From Thermoplasmata archaeon (lineage in GTDB: Archaea; Thermoplasmatota; DTKX01; DATEUP01), in the NCBI GenBank assembly GCA_041485285.1, contig JBGPJF010000004.1:24468-88467 (forward strand): 64,000 bases of DNA, read 5' to 3'. The notes beneath the pieces are model-generated. The model was given only the letters and a program-made list of their open reading frames with translations. It was not told where the DNA came from and made no database searches. This document shows, one piece after another, positions 1 to 9,217 of this stretch; the stretch's first letter is position 1; every line of letters begins with the position of its first letter. Made by a program: the position numbers and the translations under genes.

Positions 1-2300
1 TCGTCGCCGACGGCCGCGTGATCCAGGGGCAGCCGCCGGAGGCGGACAAGTTCTTCATCAACGCTGGCGACAACACCTTCTCGCAAGTGGAGGCCGAGGC
101 AGGCCTCAAAGACTGGGGGATCAACAAGGGGTCAGCAGCGGCGGATTTCAACAAGGACGGGACGATGGACCTATGGGTCGCCAATGTCGCCGAGAATTCA
201 TCCCTCTACCGCAATGAGCCCGGACCCAACCATTGGTTTGAGGTATCGCTGACGGGCGTGGCGAGCGTGCGGCAGGGCGTGGGGGCCCGCGTGCTTGTCG
301 GGGCGGGAGGGCGCACCTTCGCGCACCAAGTGATCTTGGGTTCGTCGTACCTCTCACAGGACTCGCTCATCCAGCACTTCGGCATCGGAGGCGCGACCAC
401 GGTCGACCGGCTCACCGTGGAGTGGCCCTCGGGCGCGCGGCAGGAGTTCACCAACCTGAGCGCAGACCAGCTCGTCCACATCACGGAGTACGAGGGGAAC
501 GCTCCCGTGGCGCGGCCCGCGAATGTGACGGGAGACGCGGGCGTGCCGGTCACGCTTGATGGCACCAACTCCACCGATGACACGCGGATCGTTGCGTGGA
601 ATTGGACGTTCTCGGCGCCTTACCCGAACCTTACGCTGAACGGCTCGTCCCCCAAGATCACCTTCTACGACGGCCTCAATTTCACGGGGACGCTGAAGGT
701 GACGGACGCCTTTGGCAATTGGAACGCGGCAAATTTCTCGATCCGAATCCAGCCGGCGGGCCACCCGCTGGTTGACCTAGGGCCCGATCTGGCCGTCAAC
801 CAGAACGACACCGTGACGCTGTCGGCGACGCTGAAGGGGCCCGTGCAGCAGCCCGACTACGCGAACACCACTTTCGAGTGGGTCATCACGGGGCCGGGCG
901 GCCCTTGGGCCCTGTCGGGCCGCAATGTCACGCACACCTTCGTGCTGCCCGGGGTCTACACCGTGCAGGTGAACGCCACCGACCAGTTCGGGCTGTGGGG
1001 CCTCGACGAACTCTTCGTCACGACCGGCGACCCTGAGCCTCCGGTGATCGTGTTCAACCCGCCGGCATCGGTCCCCGAAGACACGCTGTTCACCCTCGAT
1101 GCGTCGCTCACCACCGACAATGACCCGTCGTTCCCGGGGTCCGGGCTCTTCTATTGGCGATTGAACGGCGCGCAGGGGCAATTCGAGATCAACACGGGGG
1201 CGGTGGCGGACTTTACCCTTCGCGACCCCGGCGCCGCGCACTTCGATCTGGAGGTGACGGACGCGTCGGGAAACCTCGCCTCGCGTTCGTTCATCATCGA
1301 GGCCATTGACGGGACGCCGCCGCGCGCCGACGGCGGCTCCGACCGCGTCGTGAGCGCGGGGTCGACCGTGCGCCTCGATGGGACGAACTCGTCGGACAAC
1401 GACCCGTCGCTGCTCGCGCGTGGAACCTTTGAGTGGACGTTCGAAGGCCCCGACGGAGCAAGCCGCGCCTACGGGCCGGTCACGGAGTTCATCGCCCAAA
1501 GCCCCGGCGTGACGCACGTGCACCTGAATGTCCGCGACCCCAGCGGGAACACGGCCGTGCCCGACGATGAGTTCACGATCACGGCGATCGACACGACCGC
1601 GCCCACGTTGCAGCCGCTCCCGGATTACGACGTGACGCTGGGCGACCCGGTGACTTTTGCCGCCGGGAATGTCACCGACAACGACCCGTCGTTCGCGACG
1701 ACGGCGACCTACCTGTGGCAGTTCCGCGACGGGACGGCCTTGATCACCCTTGGGGGGGCGGTCGTGAACCACACGTTCGTTTCGACGGGGGCGTTCCGCG
1801 TCGACATGTCGGTGCGGGATGCCGCCAGCAACTACGCGCGCGGCAACTTCACCGTGCGGGTGAGCGACCGCACGGCGCCGGTGGCGTTGGCCTCCGTCGC
1901 GAACGCGTCGTTCGTGGGGGACAGCGTCGAACTCAACGGCTCGGCGTCCACCGACAATGTGCGCATCGTGAGCTACGTTTGGACCTTTGAGCCCGCGGTG
2001 GAGGTCGAAAAGCTGAACGGAGCGCAGGTCCGTTGGACGTTTACAGCCGCGGGCAATTACACGCTGACGCTGACGGTCGAAGATGCCGCGGGGAACGCGG
2101 CAACCGCGCACTTTGCCATCGAGATCAAGCCGTCCCCGGCGCCCCCGCCGCCGCCCCCGCCCGACCACACCGGCGGAAACCAGTCGCAAGCGCAACCGAC
2201 GGACAACACGGCGCTGTCGGTCGTGGGCGCCGCGCTCGTGCTCGCGGCTGCGGCCGCCGCCGTCATGCTGTTCCGCCGGTGGCGGCGGGAGCAGGCTTAG
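1..2300 (+). CDS. Cell-surface protein: FG-GAP/ASPIC-UnbV region, multiple PKD domains, C-terminal TM anchor (5'-truncated by window)
   Basis: ADFNKDGTMDLWVAN and GSSYLSQDSLIQHFGIG (ASPIC/UnbV); repeated 'LDGTNSTD..IVAWNWTF' PKD motifs; Pro linker, hydrophobic helix, RRWRR tail. Confidence 0.85.
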   Translation, partial: VADGRVIQGQPPEADKFFINAGDNTFSQVEAEAGLKDWGINKGSAAADFNKDGTMDLWVANVAENSSLYRNEPGPNHWFEVSLTGVASVRQGVGARVLVGAGGRTFAHQVILGSSYLSQDSLIQHFGIGGATTVDRLTVEWPSGARQEFTNLSADQLVHITEYEGNAPVARPANVTGDAGVPVTLDGTNSTDDTRIVAWNWTFSAPYPNLTLNGSSPKITFYDGLNFTGTLKVTDAFGNWNAANFSIRIQPAGHPLVDLGPDLAVNQNDTVTLSATLKGPVQQPDYANTTFEWVITGPGGPWALSGRNVTHTFVLPGVYTVQVNATDQFGLWGLDELFVTTGDPEPPVIVFNPPASVPEDTLFTLDASLTTDNDPSFPGSGLFYWRLNGAQGQFEINTGAVADFTLRDPGAAHFDLEVTDASGNLASRSFIIEAIDGTPPRADGGSDRVVSAGSTVRLDGTNSSDNDPSLLARGTFEWTFEGPDGASRAYGPVTEFIAQSPGVTHVHLNVRDPSGNTAVPDDEFTITAIDTTAPTLQPLPDYDVTLGDPVTFAAGNVTDNDPSFATTATYLWQFRDGTALITLGGAVVNHTFVSTGAFRVDMSVRDAASNYARGNFTVRVSDRTAPVALASVANASFVGDSVELNGSASTDNVRIVSYVWTFEPAVEVEKLNGAQVRWTFTAAGNYTLTLTVEDAAGNAATAHFAIEIKPSPAPPPPPPPDHTGGNQSQAQPTDNTALSVVGAALVLAAAAAAVMLFRRWRREQA

Positions 2301-3519
2301 GGGCAGGCGGCGGGGGCGGGGTGTCGCCCGGCCACAGCGCTTGGCGGCGCAAGATGAGGAAGACGGCCGCAAAGCGCGGGAGCGTATTCGGTCCAGGCGT
2401 GGGCTTGAACTCTTGGCCGCCGAGCGTGAAGGGCTTCGCGTTGGGGGCGGCGTTGACCTTGATGGGTTCATCGTCGAGCGCGACCGCATCGACAAGCGGG
2501 TCGAAGGCATCGAGCTTGTCGCGCGTGAGTGGCACGGCGCGCAGGCCGGACTTGCCGTGGAGGGAGCCGGGCGCGCGGATGAGGCGCTTCACGTCAGACG
2601 AAACGGGCTCGTCGCACCAGCCCTTCAGGCGGTTGAGGTGGTGGGCGAACAGGTGGCGGTAGGTCCCGGACCCGACGCCCACATGGATGTCGGCGACGCC
2701 TTGCGCGACCGACGCGATGCGGCTCGCAACGGACTGCGGGTTGCCTTCGAGCGCCTCGACGAGCGCCTTCGACTCCTTGGAGGCGATGCCAGTCGCTTCC
2801 GAGAGGTCCTTGGCCTTTTCGGTCGCCGGGCGCGTGTCGGCCGCGATCGCCTTGAACTGCTCCACCGTGGCGCGGGCAAGCCGCCCGCCCCAACCCCCCG
2901 CCTCGGACGACGAAATGCGCACGGACTTGATGGGGCGGCCAAACTTTCCCTCGACGGCTGCTTCGCCAACGAAGTCGTCGACCTCCGTCTTGCCCGTGAT
3001 GTAGTCGACAATCTCTCGGCGCATGGGCGAGGTCAGTTGCCGCACGCGCGGGTCGCGCACATGGCAGTGGTAGCCGCGGCTGCCCGAGAACACGAGGTGG
3101 AGATCCCGTTGCGCGTAGCCGAGATCCCCTACAAGGAACTCATCGACAAGCAGCTTGAACTTCACCTTGACCGCGGCGAGCATCTCGCCATACGACATCT
3201 TGTCGGCGCCTTCGAGGTGATCCGCATCGAGGTCGAAGATCAGGTCCGCGCCGACCCACCCCTTCTCGCCCATCGTGTGGGCGTTGGGGTGGTCGTAGTA
3301 GGCCGTCGAGTGGTAGACATGGGCCGGCGGCCGGCGCACCAGGTCGAGTTTCAGGAGGTCGGGAGAAGCGAACCCCAGGTGCCGGCGGAAGAAGGTCTCG
3401 TTGTGGTAAAGGAACCCGAATTCCCGCTGCTGGAAGCCCGCGGGCGGGGGGAGCGCGTGCTTCGCGTAATAGCCCTTGAACGATTCGTTCAGGAACGCCC
3501 AGGTCCGCTCCATCCCCAT
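2263..3519 (-). CDS. priS: DNA primase small (catalytic) subunit
   Basis: QREFGF, GADLIFDLDADHL, VFSGSRGYH and DEPVSSDVKRLIRAPGSLHGKSG motifs. Confidence 0.95.
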   Translation of the reverse strand: MGMERTWAFLNESFKGYYAKHALPPPAGFQQREFGFLYHNETFFRRHLGFASPDLLKLDLVRRPPAHVYHSTAYYDHPNAHTMGEKGWVGADLIFDLDADHLEGADKMSYGEMLAAVKVKFKLLVDEFLVGDLGYAQRDLHLVFSGSRGYHCHVRDPRVRQLTSPMRREIVDYITGKTEVDDFVGEAAVEGKFGRPIKSVRISSSEAGGWGGRLARATVEQFKAIAADTRPATEKAKDLSEATGIASKESKALVEALEGNPQSVASRIASVAQGVADIHVGVGSGTYRHLFAHHLNRLKGWCDEPVSSDVKRLIRAPGSLHGKSGLRAVPLTRDKLDAFDPLVDAVALDDEPIKVNAAPNAKPFTLGGQEFKPTPGPNTLPRFAAVFLILRRQALWPGDTPPPPPAPKPAPAATGGTA

Positions 3520-3520
3520 C

Positions 3521-4627
3521 TCAATCGCCGTCCTTCTTTTCGCCCTTCGGCGCAGGCGGCGGCAGTTTGCCCGAGAGGCGGAGCCGCTTGCGGTAGTAGT
3601 TCAGGGGGTGGTTGATGGTCTCGCAGAGCTTGTCGGGGTTGAAGCAGATCCCGTACGTTTTCATCGTCGAGCACATCGGCGGCGTGTACTCGGTGCCCGA
3701 GATCTCCCCGATGATGTGCTGGATCTGGTACATCGACTTCGAGATGTTGAAGTCGGGCCACCTCGAGAAAAGCGAGATGAGGCCCTCCTTGTCGTAGCCG
3801 ATGGTGTGGAGGAAGGCGACCATGGTGAAGCGGCCCATGTGGGGGACGTTCTCGCTCTTGCCTGTCATCTCCATGAGGTGCTTGATGCACGGGGGGAACG
3901 ATTCTTCGTCAAGGACGCCGCCGGCCCCCTCGAACCGGGCCCGCGCCTCCTTTACGATTCCCGCAAGGCGCTCTGCGTCGACCTGCACTTTTTCGTAAAG
4001 CATCTCCGAGATTCGAAGCGGGATTTCGGAGTTCAGTTTGAAGCGGAAGGCCTCTTCGAGGATGCGGAACGCCTTGTCGCGCTCGAGGCGGACCATGCCC
4101 TTCTGCAGGTCTTGGTGGATGAGCACCCAATTCTTGTCCCCGATCATCGAGGCGATCTTGAGGTAGTCCGCGAAGTGGAGCCCGATGCGGCCGTCCTCGA
4201 TCTCGGCGAACTCGACGCCGAGGTAGTCGAGCACCTTGCGCACGCCGGGGGCGACCTCCGCTTGGTTGGCACCGCGGCGCGGGCCTTCCTGGGCGTTGAG
4301 GCGCTTGAGCCGCTTCTCGAGCATTTTGGCCTCGAACAGGCAGTACTTCTTCGTGAGGTAGGAATCGTTCACGGCGGAAACGAGGATGCGCGCGTAGAGG
4401 TAGGAAAGCACCTCTTCGAGCAGGTCGCGCTCGCGCCCGCCCGAGGAGAAGTCGGCGATCTCCTCGCCGCTTAGCGCCGCGTCGACCCGCGCCCACCCGC
4501 GCTTGCGGTCGCGCTCGAAGTTGCGGTTGGACACGAGGTCCTCGAGGGAGACTTCGTATTTCTGGGCGACTTCCCTGCCTTCCGGCAGGAACGGGAACAT
4601 CGCCCCGATTTCGAGCGCGCTTGCCAT
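3521..4627 (-). CDS. priL: DNA primase large subunit
   Basis: FPPCIKHL..HMGRF and YTPPMCSTMKTYGIC...C..INHPLNYY Fe-S domain; directly upstream of priS. Confidence 0.93.
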   Translation of the reverse strand: MASALEIGAMFPFLPEGREVAQKYEVSLEDLVSNRNFERDRKRGWARVDAALSGEEIADFSSGGRERDLLEEVLSYLYARILVSAVNDSYLTKKYCLFEAKMLEKRLKRLNAQEGPRRGANQAEVAPGVRKVLDYLGVEFAEIEDGRIGLHFADYLKIASMIGDKNWVLIHQDLQKGMVRLERDKAFRILEEAFRFKLNSEIPLRISEMLYEKVQVDAERLAGIVKEARARFEGAGGVLDEESFPPCIKHLMEMTGKSENVPHMGRFTMVAFLHTIGYDKEGLISLFSRWPDFNISKSMYQIQHIIGEISGTEYTPPMCSTMKTYGICFNPDKLCETINHPLNYYRKRLRLSGKLPPPAPKGEKKDGD

Positions 4628-4774
4628 CTCGCGCTCATCGAGCGGGAGCCGAAATAAGCCTTCGCTGGGGGGGAGTGAAAGCGTCCTGAACGGCCGGGGA
4701 GAGCGCCGCCCTTATCTCCTTTCCGGGCGTGTTGGCATCGGCGGCGGCATGGAAGTGCGATCGGGGGATGGGGA

Positions 4775-5473
4775 GTGAGCGGAACCAGGCAGCCCCCCTT
4801 GGCGGAGGGGCCACCCGACGACGAGGGAATCTCGGCCACTTTGTTGGTCGCGGTGGTTGTGGCCTCAGCTGTGGAGTTTTCGATCTCCTTCGCTTACTGC
4901 TTCGATCCAACGTTCCCGCGAATGGACCTATGGGTTCTTTCCATTTGGTTCCCCGCGGGCGCGGGTGTGGCGATCTTTCGGCCAAGGATGGTCCGAGAGC
5001 CCGCCGCCGGAGCAACGGCCCCGCGCATCCGTGGCCGACCACGATGGTCGGGGATGTGGCTCGCGACCATGTGGATGGTGGGTGCGCTGCTGCTCTCGAC
5101 GCCGAAGTCGCATTTCTCGATTGGCCTGGCGCTTCTTGCAGGTGTCTTCGGATCTTGCGGGATTGCCGTGGGGTGGGCGCTGCGGCCGACCGAGGTCCTC
5201 CTCCGCGACGATGGGATCAGCCTCCTCACCAACGGCCGGCTCTCGTGGGCCTTCCCGTGGTCGGAGGTCACGACAATTCGGAAGGGCGGATCGGTGATCG
5301 TGGGCCCAAAGGGCGCACCCGTACAGCAACCTTGGATCGACATCGAGCGCGGGGACGGGAAATCGGGAAGAATCTACGGGGAGCGCCTTCCGCGCGCGAC
5401 CTTCGAAACAGTCCTGACTCTCCTGAGGGCCGAGGCCCGAAACCGCCCGCACATAAAATGGATCGAGAAGTAG
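4775..5473 (+). CDS. Hypothetical membrane protein (about 4 TM plus a PH-like C-terminal domain)
   Basis: Hydrophobic segments followed by 'EVLLRDDGISL...FPWSEVTTI'; fills the gap between pcna and priL. Confidence 0.55.
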   Translation: MSGTRQPPLAEGPPDDEGISATLLVAVVVASAVEFSISFAYCFDPTFPRMDLWVLSIWFPAGAGVAIFRPRMVREPAAGATAPRIRGRPRWSGMWLATMWMVGALLLSTPKSHFSIGLALLAGVFGSCGIAVGWALRPTEVLLRDDGISLLTNGRLSWAFPWSEVTTIRKGGSVIVGPKGAPVQQPWIDIERGDGKSGRIYGERLPRATFETVLTLLRAEARNRPHIKWIEK

Positions 5474-5547
5474 CTGGCGCGCACTTCCTAATGACAGGAC
5501 CGAGCGTATGGCGGCGGGGCCGAACCCCCGGGGGGTGCGCAACCCGC

Positions 5548-6288
5548 CTATTCGCTCTCAATCCTCGGCGCGAGCAGGTACATGACTTGCCCGTCGCCCT
5601 CGGCGATCTTGAACTCGACACGGACGGGGTAATCATTTCCGAGGTTCAGCGTGACATCCTGCCCGGGCGGGATGGCGCGGATCATGTTGGAGAAGTAATC
5701 CAGCGAAAACAGCGATCGGGCCGTCTCCTTGGCCTCGAGCGACTTGAGCAGGTCCTTCTTGAGTTTCAGCGAGACCGAGTCCGTGTCGCCTTCGCAGGCA
5801 AGCTCGAAGCCGTCGGCAGCGACCTTGAGCGAGATGTGGTCGCTCACGGACTCCGAGGCGCGGATGCCTTGGCCGAGGTCGTCGACCGCAAGGGTGACCT
5901 TGGCGGGGTAGGTGAGGTTCGGCACTTTCGGGTCGCTCATGCCGGTCGTGTCGACAAGCGACATCCGCCTTGTGATGTTGGCGATGTTGAGGACGAGCTT
6001 GTTCTGGTCTTCGTTGTGCTCCATCGAGAGGATGTCGCCGGCCTTGGCGAGCTTCAGGACGTCCTTGAGCTTCTCGATGTCGATGCCAAGCTCGCCTGAG
6101 GTGGCCTTCAGCTCCTCGAAGGCGTCCTTGGAGAGCTTCAGTTCGACCATGGCGACGTGGGCGGGGTCGACGGCCTTGAGCGAGATGCCGTCTTGGCCAA
6201 CCCCCAGCTTGACTTCGTCGACGAGGGTCGAAACGACGTTGATGATCTCTTTCAGGATGTCCGCCTTCACTTTCGCCTTAAACGCCAT
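5548..6288 (-). CDS. pcn: DNA polymerase sliding clamp PCNA
   Basis: MAFKAKV...AVDPAHVAMVEL...LGNDYPVRVEF...YLLAPRIESE; real start is ATG 6288, not the ORF-track start. Confidence 0.97.
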   Translation of the reverse strand: MAFKAKVKADILKEIINVVSTLVDEVKLGVGQDGISLKAVDPAHVAMVELKLSKDAFEELKATSGELGIDIEKLKDVLKLAKAGDILSMEHNEDQNKLVLNIANITRRMSLVDTTGMSDPKVPNLTYPAKVTLAVDDLGQGIRASESVSDHISLKVAADGFELACEGDTDSVSLKLKKDLLKSLEAKETARSLFSLDYFSNMIRAIPPGQDVTLNLGNDYPVRVEFKIAEGDGQVMYLLAPRIESE

Positions 6289-6321
6289 ATCCAGACCTCG
6301 TGACTTCGCCCCGATTGGCGA

Positions 6322-6337
6322 ATATGAATATAAGGGG
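6322..6337. promoter_or_regulatory. AT-rich TATA-like element of the divergent pcn/bcp promoter
   Basis: ATATGAATATAAGGGG in a GC-rich background, about 35 nt upstream of the pcn ATG. Confidence 0.5.
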
Positions 6338-6414
6338 TGCGGGGGGGCGAGCGAACGCTGGGTGGGGCGAGCATTTTTGGGGGCGCTCCGCGTGGCGCGG
6401 TCGCGGTGAGTGGA

Positions 6415-6873
6415 ATGGTCGATGTTGGAACCAAGGCGCCGGACTTCACGCTGAAGGACCACGCGGGCAAGTCGGTGAAGCTTTCGGACTACAAGGGCAA
6501 GAAAGTGGTGCTGTATTTTTACCCGAAGGACTTCACGAGCGGCTGCACGAAGGAGTCGTGCGACTTCCGCGACCGGTCGGGCGAGTTCAAGAACACAGTG
6601 ATCCTCGGCGTGTCGAGCGACAGCGTGGACAGCCACGAAGACTTCCGCCACAAGTACAACCTGCCGTTCCAGCTGCTGTCGGACCCGGAGCAGGAAGTGC
6701 AGAAGAAGTATGGAGTGTGGGGGGAGAAGGCGATGTACGGGCGGAAATACATGGGGACCGTCAGGACGACGTACCTGATTGGGCCGGATGGGAAGGTTGC
6801 CAAGGCGTGGGACAGGGTCAAGGTGGATGGGCACGTGGATGAGGTGCTAGAGGCCGCAAAGGCCCTTGGGTGA
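6415..6873 (+). CDS. bcp: Peroxiredoxin, BCP/PrxQ type
   Basis: VVLYFYPKDFTSGCTKESCDFRD; start MVDVGTKAPDF at ATG 6415. Confidence 0.95.
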   Translation: MVDVGTKAPDFTLKDHAGKSVKLSDYKGKKVVLYFYPKDFTSGCTKESCDFRDRSGEFKNTVILGVSSDSVDSHEDFRHKYNLPFQLLSDPEQEVQKKYGVWGEKAMYGRKYMGTVRTTYLIGPDGKVAKAWDRVKVDGHVDEVLEAAKALG

Positions 6874-7169
6874 GCGGGTGGGGTGAGCCCCAATTGAACG
6901 CCCCCCTCCAAATGCTCCCAAGGCCGGGACAATTGCGCGAACGCCGCGCCGTGACAGGGGCTATCCTGATCGCGACGGGCACGGGGTTCCTCTTTCTTGC
7001 CGCGTTTTTCTTCGTGGTGAGCTTCGGCACCATGTTCGACAGGTCGCAGGTTTCACAGATCTCGGGCGGGCTGATGTTCGTCGCCGGAACCGCAGGCTTC
7101 GGATTCCTCATCACGGGCATTGTTCACACCCTGAAGGGCGCCGTAACACGGAGGGACGCCGACCTTTAG
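6870..7169 (+). CDS. Small hypothetical membrane protein (2 TM)
   Basis: GTGA overlap with the bcp stop; two hydrophobic helices. Confidence 0.5.
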   Translation: MSGWGEPQLNAPLQMLPRPGQLRERRAVTGAILIATGTGFLFLAAFFFVVSFGTMFDRSQVSQISGGLMFVAGTAGFGFLITGIVHTLKGAVTRRDADL

Positions 7170-7374
7170 GCCCGCCCGCGTTTGGTACCCGACGGAATTG
7201 TGCAGGGTCCGCGCCGCTGGCCGCAAGAACCATCATCAAGGCCGTTCAAGGCCACCAATCGTGGCGCCGCTTGTCGAACGAAGTGCACAGCGCCCCTTGA
7301 AGGGAGCGGGCGTTCGTGGCCCATCGCGGGGAAGGGTTTTACGCCGGGATCGGATACAGGTCGGCTGCTACATC

Positions 7375-7578
7375 ATGAGCCTATCGCTTCTCACTTGGCT
7401 CACCGGATTCGAGTTGCTGGATGCTTCGATCGATTGGTCATTCGCGCCACCCACGCCGTCTCAAGTGCTTCAAGGACAGGCGGGAGTTGCGCTCCTCTTC
7501 ATCGGCTTGATCTTGTTGCCCGTGGGGCTGGTGCACTTCTTGAGGGGAGTTGCCACACGCGCGGGCGGGGCGACTTAA
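7375..7578 (+). CDS. Small hypothetical membrane protein
   Basis: MSLSLLTWL...GVALLFIGLILLPVGLVHFLRG; GAAGGGTTTTA promoter-like sequence at about 7331-7341. Confidence 0.4.
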   Translation: MSLSLLTWLTGFELLDASIDWSFAPPTPSQVLQGQAGVALLFIGLILLPVGLVHFLRGVATRAGGAT

Positions 7579-7624
7579 ACGGTGCGAATCAACTTGAGCT
7601 CGGCCAATAAAGTGGGCACTAGTC

Positions 7625-7711
7625 CTACTCTCCCCACCGGTGCTCGCATCACACGCAGCTGGAGAGCCTGGTCTCCGGCTCATGCGGGCCCCGCGGTTGC
7701 ACGATCAGCCC
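7625..7711 (-). pseudogene. Strongly degenerate copy (C) of the tfs 3' end
   Basis: Translates GLIVQPRGPHEPETRLSSCV*CEHRWGE* versus intact WMMQQTRGADEPETRFYICVKCEHRWRENQ*; internal stop. Confidence 0.8.
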
Positions 7712-7718
7712 TTACGGC

Positions 7719-8045
7719 TCATCGACGCCCTACTTCGGCCGCGTCGTCTTGCCCTTGGGGAGGGCCCTCGGCGCTTTTTTTTGCCGACGAGGAAACGTTT
7801 GTTCGGGGCGCTCGGCGCCGTTTCTCGGTCGGCCCTGCCCCCTCGGCCGCCCGACGGGCGTCGAGTGATGCGCGGAATTCGTTGAGCTGTTCCCAAAGCG
7901 AATCTTGGTCCGGCATGAAAGGAACCCCGTGGGCTTTCATTTCGTCGAGGAACTCCCACAAGCTGAGGCCCGCGGCGTGTGCGCACCATTGTGCGCTCGC
8001 CTCGCGGAGCTGGTACGTGCGCAGGGCGGCCTTAAGCGACATCAT
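7719..8045 (-). CDS. UPF0175-family antitoxin paralog lacking the N-terminal RHH; possibly a pseudogene
   Basis: AALRTYQLREAS..CAHAAGLSLWEFLDEMKAHGVPF aligns with EAVLQYQRGEAS..AAHQAGISLWEFLDELKARGVPF of 8788-9135. Confidence 0.65.
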   Translation of the reverse strand: MMSLKAALRTYQLREASAQWCAHAAGLSLWEFLDEMKAHGVPFMPDQDSLWEQLNEFRASLDARRAAEGAGPTEKRRRAPRTNVSSSAKKSAEGPPQGQDDAAEVGRR

Positions 8046-8074
8046 TGGTTCAGCCTCGGCCGGCCCCGTCACGA

Positions 8075-8224
8075 TTACTGATTCTCTCTCCACCGGTGCT
8101 CGCACTTCACGCAGATGTAGAACCTCGTCTCCGGCCCGTCCGCGCCGCGCGTCTGCTGCATCATCCAGTGGGCCTCGTTGATGGAGCACTTCGTACCCAC
8201 TTTGTGCGACGGAGGCAGATTCTA
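8075..8224 (-). pseudogene. Degenerate copy (B) of the tfs 3' half (C-terminal Zn ribbon)
   Basis: Translates NLPPSHKVGTKCSINEAHWMMQQTRGADGPETRFYICVKCEHRWRENQ*; near-identical DNA to 9218-9334; in-frame stop upstream. Confidence 0.9.
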
Positions 8225-8303
8225 CGGACGCCGCTGGCAACGCCTCTTTGCGCCCCCCATCGACAAGCGTCCATCCAAAGAGCGCACCGGCCGGCCGGAG
8301 CGT

Positions 8304-8807
8304 TCACCTGCGCGCCGCCTTCTCGCCCATCGCGACCAGGTCAAGGAAAAGCGCCGTGCTGATATGATAATCGAGTGCGAGGAGCTTGTCGAGCAGCGCC
8401 CGGAATTGGCCAAGTTCAATTCGGCCCAAAGCCACGTTGTCAAGGAGCACGAAGGGCGTCGATCGGATGGGCAAGCCGAGGTGCTTCGCCGCGCGGATTG
8501 CGTCGCCGTCGTCGATCACAGCGGTCGCGCCGGAGACCGCCCCGGCAAGGGCGATGACGCTGAGTTCGCCAGGGCCCAACACCGGCGGGGGGAGGCGGAG
8601 AGGAGGGGGTTCTCGGACCTCGATGGTGCGGGCGTCGATGAGCCGGCGAACGGCCAATGCTTCGCGGTAGCCCTTGCCCATCCCCGCTTCCACTTCGGCC
8701 AGCACCTGCGGCGTCGTGAGGATGGGGCGGAAGATACCGAGCGCGTCTAGGGTGCCGAGCTTGGCCATGAAGATCAGCGGCGACGCGTTAACGACGGCGG
8801 CGGCCAT
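8304..8807 (-). CDS. PIN-like toxin, DUF3368 family
   Basis: VVNASPLIFMAKLG, LGPGELSVIALA, VIDDGDAIRAAKHLGLPIRST. Confidence 0.85.
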   Translation of the reverse strand: MAAAVVNASPLIFMAKLGTLDALGIFRPILTTPQVLAEVEAGMGKGYREALAVRRLIDARTIEVREPPPLRLPPPVLGPGELSVIALAGAVSGATAVIDDGDAIRAAKHLGLPIRSTPFVLLDNVALGRIELGQFRALLDKLLALDYHISTALFLDLVAMGEKAARR

Positions 8808-9135
8808 GGGTGTGCTCCTTTTCCAATTTCTCGCGGAACTCGGCGAGCTGCTCGCGCATAAGGTCTTCGTCCGTCCGGAAGGGGACGCCACGCGCTTTCA
8901 ATTCGTCGAGAAACTCCCAGAGGCTGATGCCCGCCTGGTGGGCGGCTCCCCCGAAGCTGGCCTCCCCACGCTGGTACTGGAGCACTGCCTCGTCCGTGAG
9001 CACCTCGCGCACGCCCTTGTCGAGAGCCCGCCGTATCAGCGAGGACCGCTCCACCTTGAGGCGCTTGGCCGCCTCGGTGAGACGGTCCAGATCCTCGGCG
9101 GGGATCCGGATGGTCGTTATGCGCGCGGCTGCCAC
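8788..9135 (-). CDS. Antitoxin: RHH plus UPF0175 domain
   Basis: ITTIRIPAEDLDRL...ERSSLIRRAL (RHH) then AAHQAGISLWEFLDEL; overlaps the toxin start; GTG start. Confidence 0.85.
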   Translation of the reverse strand: MAAARITTIRIPAEDLDRLTEAAKRLKVERSSLIRRALDKGVREVLTDEAVLQYQRGEASFGGAAHQAGISLWEFLDELKARGVPFRTDEDLMREQLAEFREKLEKEHTHGRRRR

Positions 9136-9139
9136 GGCG

Positions 9140-9162
9140 AATACGTACCTGTCTACCGTATT
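9140..9162. promoter_or_regulatory. Probable antitoxin operator (inverted repeat) overlapping the TATA box
   Basis: AATACG-N11-CGTATT directly upstream of the GTG start, overlapping TTAATA on the minus strand. Confidence 0.5.
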
Positions 9163-9217
9163 AATTCTATCCTCGACTGCTCCGCCCGCAGGGGGCGCGC
9201 AACGATCGGGAGGTCGC

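Noticed and set aside
8046..8240. N-terminal extension of track ORF 7719-8240 as a real fusion
   Set aside because: It reads the tfs copy B out of frame; antitoxin similarity begins only near ATG 8045.
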